DNA of 35,876 bases from a virus (Duplodnaviria; Caudoviricetes): the IMG/VR virus record IMGVR_UViG_3300017565_000340, positions 1-35,876 of that record. One strand, written 5' to 3'. Each line of letters begins with the position of its first letter. The stretch's first letter is position 1. The notes beneath the pieces were generated by a model. The model did not search any database and was not told the origin of the DNA. It worked only from the letters and a program-made list of their open reading frames with translations. This document shows positions 24,832 to 31,875 of this stretch, one piece after another. A program made the position numbers and the translations under genes.

Positions 24832-25046
24832 GCGGCCTTCCGTGCTCTTCCGTCCAGGTAATAGGACATGTACCGCTTGCCGTGGCGACGCACCGGCAGG
24901 CGGATGATGAGATAGCCGTCCTGCTCCAACTCCCGTATGCGCTCCGAGAGGCGGCAGATGCCGTAGCGGCCGAATGCCGTCAGGGTGGTCAGCGATCCGC
25001 GTGTCTGCAGATGGCGCAGGACCTGCTGCTTGTGCGTGCTGCTCAT
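24828..25046 (-). CDS. Winged HTH protein
   Basis: QVLRHLQ..GSLT.L.A...YGI.RLSERIRELEQDGY.I; GAGGTG RBS. Confidence 0.8.
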   Translation of the reverse strand: MSSTHKQQVLRHLQTRGSLTTLTAFGRYGICRLSERIRELEQDGYLIIRLPVRRHGKRYMSYYLDGRARKAA

Positions 25047-25360
25047 GCTGTCACCTCAAAAGGGACGCCACCGGCCCGGCAGAACGACCCTGCGACCTAG
25101 CTGCGGGGACCCACAGCACGCACTCCAGAGGGAGCCAGTTCGGATTGCAGAGCCGGCCTTGACATGAGCCGGGCTCGGTGGCGATAGATGGGGACACGAG
25201 GAAATGGGATGAAAAGGCGCGGCCCGCGCATCCAGGGGTACCCGTGTGAGGCGCATGCGCCACTGGCGGAGATGAGTGCTTGGCGTGCGCGAGGCACCGT
25301 AACTCATGCTGGCTTGCCAGGCGGGAGCGGTCTGGATGGACGGGCCGCATTGATCGATAC

Positions 25361-25735
25361 CTACAGGCGTTCGAGGCGGGTGATCTGGTTATGCAGGTCG
25401 CTCAGGCTTTGCGACAGGAAGTCGGACACGTCACAGAGTTTCGCCAATTGGGATATGGCCTGAGGCGCTGAGCCGGCGACATTGCTGGTCTGCTCTGGCT
25501 CTGAGCCAAGAAGTCGGTCAGCAAGCGCACGCGCCCGGCCTACGAGTCCGTCGGCGTGCACAGCTTGGTTGCGGATCAGTTTTTCAATCTGCTCCAGCCT
25601 GCCGGGCTCATCGGGCGGTACCGCGTTTACGTCCATCATGTTGACGTAGTGCTGCTTCGCGATGGACTCCTGGATGCCGGCTCCGGCGGGCAAGGGTCCC
25701 AGAGAAGCCAGATTTCGAAGGTCATGCTGACTCAC
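25361..25735 (-). CDS. Hypothetical coiled-coil protein
   Basis: GTG start at 25735 with AGGAGA RBS, just downstream of the tRNA; the longer ORF-track version runs through the tRNA. Confidence 0.65.
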   Translation of the reverse strand: MSQHDLRNLASLGPLPAGAGIQESIAKQHYVNMMDVNAVPPDEPGRLEQIEKLIRNQAVHADGLVGRARALADRLLGSEPEQTSNVAGSAPQAISQLAKLCDVSDFLSQSLSDLHNQITRLERL

Positions 25736-25761
25736 GTTGATATCTCCTGTGGAAATGGAAA

Positions 25762-25836
25762 TGGTTGCAGGGGCCGGATTCGAACCGGCGACCCTCGGCT
25801 TATGAGGCCGATGAGCTGCCACTGCTCTACCCTGCT
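25762..25836 (-). tRNA. tRNA-Met (CAT), initiator-like
   Basis: AGCAGGG TA GAGC AGTGGCA GCTC A TCGGC CTCATAA GCCGA GGGTC GCCGG TTCGAAT CCGGC CCCTGCA A CCA: complete cloverleaf with encoded CCA. Confidence 0.92.
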
Positions 25837-25877
25837 GCTGATTCATTCGTCATCGCTCCTGATAAGCGACGCGCCCA

Positions 25878-25907
25878 GAAAAAAACCCAGCGCCGAACGC
25901 CAGGGCG
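25878..25907 (-). terminator. Intrinsic terminator (tR-like)
   Basis: Minus strand CCTGGCG-TTCGG-CGCTGGG followed by a T7 run. Confidence 0.55.
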
Positions 25908-25932
25908 AGAGCGAGGTAGATGAGGAAGGGGG

Positions 25933-26178
25933 TCATCGGCGCGCCTCTTGCCTTCGCAAAGGCATTTGCGATTCAAAATACACGCAGAATATCGGCGTAT
26001 TCAGGCCGCAAATTCGGCTCATGCCGCCGATCGTTGGTAGGTTGTAGAACCCATTGCGGCCGCCCCGGCCGGCCCAGGCGCAAATGCTCCATGACCACGT
26101 CAGTGACCACGCCCAATGCCAAGCAATGAATGGATGGCGCGAACTGTCCAGCCCGATATGAAGCGCTCCAATTTTCAT
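25933..26178 (-). CDS. Trp-rich hypothetical protein
   Basis: 81 aa, ATGA-coupled to the cII-like gene. Confidence 0.55.
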   Translation of the reverse strand: MKIGALHIGLDSSRHPFIAWHWAWSLTWSWSICAWAGRGGRNGFYNLPTIGGMSRICGLNTPIFCVYFESQMPLRRQEARR

Positions 26179-26567
26179 CGCCGCGCCCCCTTTGCCGGCG
26201 CGCCCGCATCAGCCAGCAGCGTCGCGATCTGCGGCAGTAGGATAGCCAGCTGGTCGACGGCGGCTTGCTTGCGGGTCTCCGAGTCCCGCAGGAATCTGGC
26301 CATCAGCCAATGCAGCGGCGTCAGATCCCCGGTGGCATCCACGATCTGGACCATGAGGTTCACGTCGCAACTGCGCGGGTCGCCCTCACTCGGATTCAGT
26401 CGCCGAGTCAGTTCTGACTCGGACAGGTCCAGGTCGGCGGCCAGCGCTTTGATGCCCCTGGTGTAGTTCATCGCTGAGTGGTAGAGGCATTGCCGCAACG
26501 TCGTGTAGCGCTGCAACAACCCGGGCTGGAGCTCTAGGGTTAGCTGGGTACCGGAAACTACCCGCAC
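26175..26567 (-). CDS. CII-like phage regulatory protein
   Basis: Directly after cro; QLTLEL.PGL..RY and KALAADLDLSESELTRRLNP HTH; GTG start at 26567 with GGGAGA RBS (ORF track starts at 26624). Confidence 0.75.
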   Translation of the reverse strand: MRVVSGTQLTLELQPGLLQRYTTLRQCLYHSAMNYTRGIKALAADLDLSESELTRRLNPSEGDPRSCDVNLMVQIVDATGDLTPLHWLMARFLRDSETRKQAAVDQLAILLPQIATLLADAGAPAKGARR

Positions 26568-26658
26568 GACGTTCTCCCGGTAGTTTCCAGTACCACCGCA
26601 AAAAAACTCGGCACCATGGCGCAATGGAAAAATCGTCGAAAATTCATTGCAGTAGCCA

Positions 26659-26880
26659 TCACGCGGACGCCCGATGGTTTACCCTGGGGTATATGTCAGG
26701 GCGCAATTCATGCCGGCTCACGCCGGTTTCTCGCTCTATATCGAGAACCCGTTCAGCGGGGACCGTATTGCGGCGGATCCATTCGGATACCGATTGCTGT
26801 CGCACGCCAAGTTTTTCCGCCAGAGCGGACTGGTTGCCAGCTCGCCTTATTGCAGCGCGGAGACCTGTTTCATTGCCCAT
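26659..26880 (-). CDS. cro: Cro-like repressor (YdaS family)
   Basis: GNQSALAEKLGVRQQSVSEW..VPAERV..IE..TGVSRHELRPDIY; divergent from the repressor gene. Confidence 0.9.
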   Translation of the reverse strand: MGNETGLRAAIRRAGNQSALAEKLGVRQQSVSEWIRRNTVPAERVLDIERETGVSRHELRPDIYPRVNHRASA

Positions 26881-26894
26881 GGGCGAGCATGATT

Positions 26895-26949
26895 ACAGGA
26901 ATTACCTGTCAAGGCAAATCCTGTTGGAATGGATACAGGTTTAGCTTGT
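26895..26949. promoter_or_regulatory. OR operator region: three ACAGG-N5-CCTGT-type sites overlapping divergent promoters
   Basis: ACAGGaattaCCTGT 26895-26909, CAAGGcaaatCCTGT 26910-26924, ACAGGtttagCTTGT 26935-26949; TTGACA on the minus strand at 26912-26907. Confidence 0.85.
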
Positions 26950-26960
26950 AGCCTTTCGAC

Positions 26961-27389
26961 ATGAAGCGGGGGTCGAAAAACAAGCCTGAGAATGTTGCCA
27001 TTGGCGAAGCGATCAGCCGTGCCAGGGAATTGGCTGGCCTCACTCAGGCGGAACTGGCGGAAAAAATGGGAGTAAAGCAACAGTCCGTAGGCGAGTGGGA
27101 GCGAGGCAAGACGGCTCCACGAGCTGCGCGGCTTGCTCAGTTATCCAAATTTCTGCCGGACCTGCGTAATCTGCGTAAGGAGATGGAGGCTATTCCTCAT
27201 GCGCACCGCAGCCTCTCGTTCACGGATATTCGCTTTTCACTCACGGAGAGCGATTTTCAGCTATTGAATGCCGACCAACAACAGCATGTCACAAGCCTGA
27301 TTGGTGTAATCGAGGAGACGGTGAAGAGGGCCGGTAAAAAGTCCGGTCGCCTCAAACCAGCCATGAAAAGCTACGGTGGCCACGGATGA
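26961..27389 (+). CDS. cI: CI-like immunity repressor (XRE HTH, no S24 peptidase domain seen)
   Basis: ISRARELAGLTQAELAEKMGVKQQSVGEWERGKTAP HTH; 142 aa; divergent from cro. Confidence 0.85.
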   Translation: MKRGSKNKPENVAIGEAISRARELAGLTQAELAEKMGVKQQSVGEWERGKTAPRAARLAQLSKFLPDLRNLRKEMEAIPHAHRSLSFTDIRFSLTESDFQLLNADQQQHVTSLIGVIEETVKRAGKKSGRLKPAMKSYGGHG

Positions 27390-27446
27390 CAACTTCGGAA
27401 GCACCTTAACGAATACAGCAATTTTGCGATTATTAGGGGAGGAAAT

Positions 27447-28100
27447 ATGAGATGGCCATTGGCGTGCCTGGCTTTCCTAGCGCTGGGCGGCTGCGCTACT
27501 TCCTACCAATCAACAGGCTTCACTGGCGGCTTTTCCGAAACTCAGCTGGCGCCAAACATCTTCCGGGTGAAGTTTCGCGGGAACAGCTATACAAGCGATG
27601 AGCGCACGTCTGATTTCGCGCTGCTTCGTGCCGCCGACCTCACGCTCCTGAATGGATATAAATACTTCGGCGTTGCCGCTGAAGGTACCAACTACTCATC
27701 TCAAGCAGTGACGATGCCGAGCACGTCATCAACTGCAATTACCACGTCCTCAACGGGCAATTGGGCATACGCAACGACCACGACGACTCCAGGTCAAACG
27801 CTATTTTTCCGCTTCCCCTCATCTACCAGCACAATCATTTGCTTCAAGGAAAACCCGAACGGCGATTTGTTCGATGCCACCTTTGTGGCTCGATCAATCC
27901 GTCAGAAGTATCGGATTAAGACTCCGCCGCCGAAATCTGATGATGAGCTGGATGCAGAGGCGCGCGCATTCCTTGCTGATCCGCGCTACCCACACGCCAG
28001 GGAGGTCTCCAAAACCATGGTGGAACTCCTCAACTCTGGCCAAGCAAATACCCTCCAAGAAGCTTACGCCCTCGCGGTGAAACAGGCCGGGCTTAAATAG
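27447..28100 (+). CDS. Lipoprotein (CC0125/CC1285-like) with C-terminal scaffold-homologous segment; candidate lysogenic exclusion factor
   Basis: Lipobox LGGC; GG.SETQL..N.FRV.FRGN.YTS..R..DFALLRAA.LTL..GY.YF; GGGGAGG RBS; lies between cI and OL. Confidence 0.8.
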   Translation: MRWPLACLAFLALGGCATSYQSTGFTGGFSETQLAPNIFRVKFRGNSYTSDERTSDFALLRAADLTLLNGYKYFGVAAEGTNYSSQAVTMPSTSSTAITTSSTGNWAYATTTTTPGQTLFFRFPSSTSTIICFKENPNGDLFDATFVARSIRQKYRIKTPPPKSDDELDAEARAFLADPRYPHAREVSKTMVELLNSGQANTLQEAYALAVKQAGLK

Positions 28101-28158
28101 AACGCCCGGCCTGCCTCCGGTTCGATTGGCTAGCCGGTCAGACAATGCCATCCAAATA

Positions 28159-28202
28159 ACAGGATTTTCTTGTTGACAGACAACAGGCAATACCTGTAAT
28201 GT
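28159..28202 (+). promoter_or_regulatory. OL operators and pL-like promoter
   Basis: ACAGGattttCTTGT 28159-28173 and ACAGGcaataCCTGT 28183-28197 flank TTGACA (28173-28178); -10 candidate TAATGT 28197-28202. Confidence 0.85.
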
Positions 28203-28242
28203 CTCCCCCACGCCGCCACCCTGGCGGATGGGAGAGACAGGT

Positions 28243-28326
28243 GACGCACATAGCTGAACAGGTACAGCGGCCCGATACCCTTCAATGGGCGGGTAGGGAT
28301 GCAGGTTCGAATCCTGCTGTGCGTCT
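28243..28326 (+). ncRNA. tRNA-like RNA with 8-bp acceptor stem and extended anticodon arm (UCA in the apical loop)
   Basis: GACGCACA/TGTGCGTC acceptor, GCTG/CAGC D arm with GG loop, GCAGG-TTCGAAT-CCTGC T arm, GCCCG/CGGGT stem enclosing ATACCCTTCAATGGG; no encoded CCA. Confidence 0.75.
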
Positions 28327-28464
28327 CTCGCTTATCCCCCGCCGTGGCCGCTTCGCATTCGCGTGGTGTGACGCTCAGGGCGCCCCCATTGCGTACCTGG
28401 GCACGTCCGGGGCGTGGCGGCCGAGTGTTTACAGGCCGGTGCGGTAATTGATCGGGAGATGAGC

Positions 28465-28695
28465 ATGCTGACCAACGAAGACCATATGATTTTTCGCGCC
28501 CGGATGAGCGTTCAGGCGCAGGCGGCTCTTCACAAGGCAGATCGCGCGGACGCTCGGCTGATGACGCCACGGGCTCACGACTGGATCGGACCTGATCGGG
28601 TGAACAAGTACGTCCGCTGCGCCAACTGCGGAAAGCACTTCGATATCGGCAAGGCAAAGGGCGTGTGCAGCCCTCGCAACTTCATCGCCGCCTAG
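28465..28695 (+). CDS. Small Zn-finger-like early protein
   Basis: GGGAG RBS; HDW...RCANCG...C; first ORF of the pL operon. Confidence 0.6.
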   Translation: MLTNEDHMIFRARMSVQAQAALHKADRADARLMTPRAHDWIGPDRVNKYVRCANCGKHFDIGKAKGVCSPRNFIAA

Positions 28696-28733
28696 CCCGC
28701 GCACAAATCATTCCTGACTCTCGGAGTTAACAG

Positions 28734-29135
28734 ATGAGTGGATATCAACAAGCACTCGAAGCGGCCGGCGCAGTCGTCCACGAGTTCAAGGAATTCGGCT
28801 CGTACCAGGGCGAGTGGTTCGCACTCATCACCTACAACGGCGAGAAGGGATGGGTCACAGGCAGCTACGGCTCATGCAGTGGCTGCGATTCCTTCGAGGC
28901 TGAGTTCGGCTGGGCGGACGAGGATTGCAGCGAGCATCGCTATCGCCACGTCGCTGAGTGCATCGGCTGCCAGGAGGCGAAGGCCAAGCATCAGGCAAAG
29001 CTCGCCGACTTCGGCAAGACGTACTGCGAAGGCGTCGGGTCGCTCGATGGCGTCCTCGCGCAACTCGACAAGAACGGCGAATGGGATTCCGACAGTCGCG
29101 AGGCTGCCGAATGGATTCGCAGCCTCAACTCCTAG
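28734..29135 (+). CDS. Acidic Cys-rich early protein
   Basis: 133 aa; GGAG RBS; SYQG.W, YGSCSGCD and C..H..H..EC.GC motifs. Confidence 0.75.
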   Translation: MSGYQQALEAAGAVVHEFKEFGSYQGEWFALITYNGEKGWVTGSYGSCSGCDSFEAEFGWADEDCSEHRYRHVAECIGCQEAKAKHQAKLADFGKTYCEGVGSLDGVLAQLDKNGEWDSDSREAAEWIRSLNS

Positions 29136-29472
29136 AGCGTTCGCGAGACCAATCATGCAACCGAATGCGCCAGCCCCGCTATCCATGCACTGCGTTGTAC
29201 ACAGTGGTTTGAGCATGGTGAGAGCATCGAACCGCGCGGGGACGAGTGACCGACGCTCGATTAAATCGTGGTCTGAACGCCGGGAGGCTCGGCGTGACAG
29301 TCGGGAGAGACCGGCGCCTGAATACACCGTGAGAGCGAAGCTGGAACGCCCGATCCGTGGCGTTAAACAAGTAACGAGACACGCGCAGGGTGACCGTGCG
29401 TCGGCGGCCGCGGCCGCAAGTCCAGAAAGTATCTGGTCGAGTCACAGCTACCAACAGAGCGAGGGCGCCAAC

Positions 29473-29658
29473 ATGAGCAAGAAAGAAGCCATCAAGCACC
29501 TGCAAGACGCCATGCGTATCTACGACCTACCGCGTTCCGACTCAACCGTCGAGGACGAAAACGGCAGGACCATCTCAGCGACCTCCGCATACAAGGTCGG
29601 ATACATGGGCGCCGCCATCCTCGATGCGCTGGCCGCGCTCGGCGTCCCGAACGAATAG
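29473..29658 (+). CDS. Hypothetical protein
   Basis: 61 aa MSKKEAIKHLQDAM..; GAGGG RBS. Confidence 0.65.
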   Translation: MSKKEAIKHLQDAMRIYDLPRSDSTVEDENGRTISATSAYKVGYMGAAILDALAALGVPNE

Positions 29659-29686
29659 TCATCGCACCCTCAGAGAGATAACGAAC

Positions 29687-29959
29687 ATGAAAATCGCACT
29701 GTTCAAAAATGCCGGCTATGAATTAGCCACGCCAGTGCCTGCCGGTGGCTGGATGGAGGGTGACAAAATTTTTATTCGGATCTCTGAATACGTGGACGTC
29801 GAATTCCCGCCGATTTCCGACGGCGAGATTATACAGAAGCGCCTCGACGCGCTCGATCATGCCGAGACCGAACTGCGCACCAAATTCCAGGATGCACTTG
29901 GCGGTATCGAGCGTCAGCGCCAGGAGCTGCGAGCGATCACGTTGCAGCCTGCTGTGTAG
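29687..29959 (+). CDS. Hypothetical protein with C-terminal coiled coil
   Basis: 90 aa; RISEYVDVEFPP then a helical region ending LRAIT. Confidence 0.7.
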   Translation: MKIALFKNAGYELATPVPAGGWMEGDKIFIRISEYVDVEFPPISDGEIIQKRLDALDHAETELRTKFQDALGGIERQRQELRAITLQPAV

Positions 29960-29968
29960 GAGCAGGTC

Positions 29969-30133
29969 ATGCCCGACACCGTACACAACGACACCGGCGA
30001 ATTCCTCGCGCTCATGGCCGACGAATCTCACCCGCTCGACTGTCGCTGTGCGTGCGGCGCGGTGCTCGACGATCCGTGGGAAGAAATGTGCGTCGAGTGT
30101 ATCGCTGAGGCATTGGAGGGTTGTTGGAAATGA
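29969..30133 (+). CDS. 54-aa Cys-rich protein (absent from ORF track)
   Basis: AGGAG RBS; MPDTVHND..CRCACG..MCVEC..; ATGA coupled to the next gene. Confidence 0.6.
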   Translation: MPDTVHNDTGEFLALMADESHPLDCRCACGAVLDDPWEEMCVECIAEALEGCWK

Positions 30134-30477
30134 GCGCTGTACCGAAATGGGCATCCATGCGTCAGACCGTGCTCGACGATGCGCGGCTGGCGAATGGCGA
30201 GGCTCACATTGAGCCGCATGAAGTGCCGCAACTCATTGACGAGGATATCCGGGCTGGCGGATGCGATGACCTGGGCTCAGTGCTCAGTCACGCGGTGAGC
30301 GACATCGAGGACGGCGAGCGACTGAAACTGACCGCTCTACTCGCTCGGCTACTGCGCGACGGCGAGAAATTCCCGCTGGAGTCCGCGCTCGATCTGCTGG
30401 GTCAACTGCGCACAGCGATGACCGCGCATTGTCTGGCCGATCTGCAGGCCATGGTTGATAGGGAGCTGTACGCATGA
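30130..30477 (+). CDS. Hypothetical acidic protein
   Basis: ATG 30130; ATGA overlaps at both ends. Confidence 0.65.
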   Translation: MSAVPKWASMRQTVLDDARLANGEAHIEPHEVPQLIDEDIRAGGCDDLGSVLSHAVSDIEDGERLKLTALLARLLRDGEKFPLESALDLLGQLRTAMTAHCLADLQAMVDRELYA

Positions 30478-30656
30478 TCGCAGCAATCCGCAGACATTTT
30501 GACCGCATCTCTGAATGGCGGGCGCGGCAGCTACTGGAGGCCGATCTGCCAATCATCAACCGGTGGCGCGTCGGTGTAGCGCATCGGCTGGACATCCGGC
30601 GTGGATACCATTTTCACCTCGCTGGTGTTCGCAATCCTGGGGAGTACGCAGCATGA
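30474..30656 (+). CDS. Hypothetical basic protein
   Basis: 60 aa, ATGA-coupled on both sides. Confidence 0.55.
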   Translation: MIAAIRRHFDRISEWRARQLLEADLPIINRWRVGVAHRLDIRRGYHFHLAGVRNPGEYAA

Positions 30657-31570
30657 ATGCCGTAGTCGAAGTCATGCCAACGAAGTCGCTACCTGAGCCG
30701 GTGTCCCGTCGCGGGATCACCGAGCCGCAGTGGCGCACGTTGATGAATAACCTATACCCAGGCGCGGACTCGAATTCCGTACTGATGGTGTGGGACTACT
30801 GTGTTGCGCGTCAGCTCGACCCGCTGAAGAAGCCATGCCACATCGTACCGATGGAGGTGAAGGACTCGAAATCGGGCAACTATTTCTGGCGCGATGTCGT
30901 CATGCCCGGCATCTACGAGTATCGCGTTACCGCGCATCGCACCGGCATGTACATGGGGCACAGCAAGCCCACCTGGGGGCCAATCATTGAGCACCTCGGG
31001 CAGATGGTCCCGGAGTACTGCGAGATCACGATCTACCGATGGAACCCGGAAGCGAAGGAGCGGACCGAATATCCGGTACAGGTGTTTTTCGCTGAGATTT
31101 GCTCGACGCGGAAGGACAAGCGCACCCAGGAATTCGTTCTCAATGCACGCTGGTCGAAAGCGCCGCGTCAGATGTTGGCGAAATGCACCGAGGCCGCAGG
31201 ACTGCGCGAGGCATTTCCAGAGGCCCTGGGCGGCACGCATACGGTCGAGGAAATGGAAGGCAAGGCGTTGGATGAGGATGTCGTCGCGACGGTCAGCTCC
31301 CGCCCCGACCCGCGCGGTGACCTGTCTATTGTCGATAGCGACACCCTATTGACCGCCTATTCCACCGTGGTGGACATCCTGAACCAGGACAAGGAAGAGA
31401 ACGACATCGCCGACCAGCTGCGCGAGTACGAGTCCGAGCACCTGCAGAAATTCCCCGAGCTGTACATCGCGCTGCAAGACAAGCTCGCGAAGGACGGGAT
31501 TATCAGCAAGGCCAACTGGCGCAAGTACCTCAAGATCGGATTGGATCGCGGCGAGGGGCATACGGCATGA
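30653..31570 (+). CDS. bet: Red-beta (Bet/RecT family) single-strand annealing protein
   Basis: LYPGA...SV.MV.DYC.ARQLDPLKKPCHIVPM, VMPGIYEYR..AHRTG.Y.G and W.KAPRQMLAKC.EA..LR.AFPE motifs; start ATG 30653. Confidence 0.92.
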   Translation: MNAVVEVMPTKSLPEPVSRRGITEPQWRTLMNNLYPGADSNSVLMVWDYCVARQLDPLKKPCHIVPMEVKDSKSGNYFWRDVVMPGIYEYRVTAHRTGMYMGHSKPTWGPIIEHLGQMVPEYCEITIYRWNPEAKERTEYPVQVFFAEICSTRKDKRTQEFVLNARWSKAPRQMLAKCTEAAGLREAFPEALGGTHTVEEMEGKALDEDVVATVSSRPDPRGDLSIVDSDTLLTAYSTVVDILNQDKEENDIADQLREYESEHLQKFPELYIALQDKLAKDGIISKANWRKYLKIGLDRGEGHTA

Positions 31571-31875
31571 GCCGATACGCCCGAAAGCCCTGCAAGCAAT
31601 GCGGCACGGTAAAAGCCCTGCGCGGCTTCTACCGTCACCCAACCTATCGCGATGGGCACATGAATACCTGCAAGGCATGCGTCATAAAAAACGTCGCCGA
31701 GAATCGCGCCCTCAAGGCGGACTACTACCGCGAGAAGAAGCGCGAATGGTCCGCCCGCCCGGAGAACGTCGCCAAACGCAAAGCCAACCGACAGACGCCG
31801 CACGGCCGCGCATCGCATCGCGAGAGCAACCGAATTTACCGCGCGTTCAAGCGCGCAGTCGAGGCGCGGGTATGA
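31567..31875 (+). CDS. Basic Zn-binding protein (like the N-terminal domain of HNH nucleases)
   Basis: KPCKQCG..K....FY.....DG....CKAC. Confidence 0.7.
   Translation: MSRYARKPCKQCGTVKALRGFYRHPTYRDGHMNTCKACVIKNVAENRALKADYYREKKREWSARPENVAKRKANRQTPHGRASHRESNRIYRAFKRAVEARV

Noticed and set aside
25736-25846. ORF extension MNQQQGRAVAAHRPHKPRVAGSNPAPAT
   Set aside because: It is a translation of the tRNA-Met gene; the real start is GTG 25735.
28243-28326. Bona fide tRNA-Sec or a phage recoding (UGA reassignment) system
   Set aside because: Lacks the long variable arm and 6-bp D stem of tRNA-Sec; no selA/selB; many genes here end in TGA within normal ATGA overlaps, and no gene needs read-through.
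29335-29450. Possible pistol/twister/hammerhead ribozyme
   Set aside because: A hairpin followed by TTAAA is reminiscent, but the required pseudoknot complement and catalytic core motifs were not found by eye.
28738-29472. 306-aa ORF spanning 28738-29658
   Set aside because: The first part overlaps the better 28734-29135 gene and a structured gap; only the last 61 codons have an RBS and protein-like composition.
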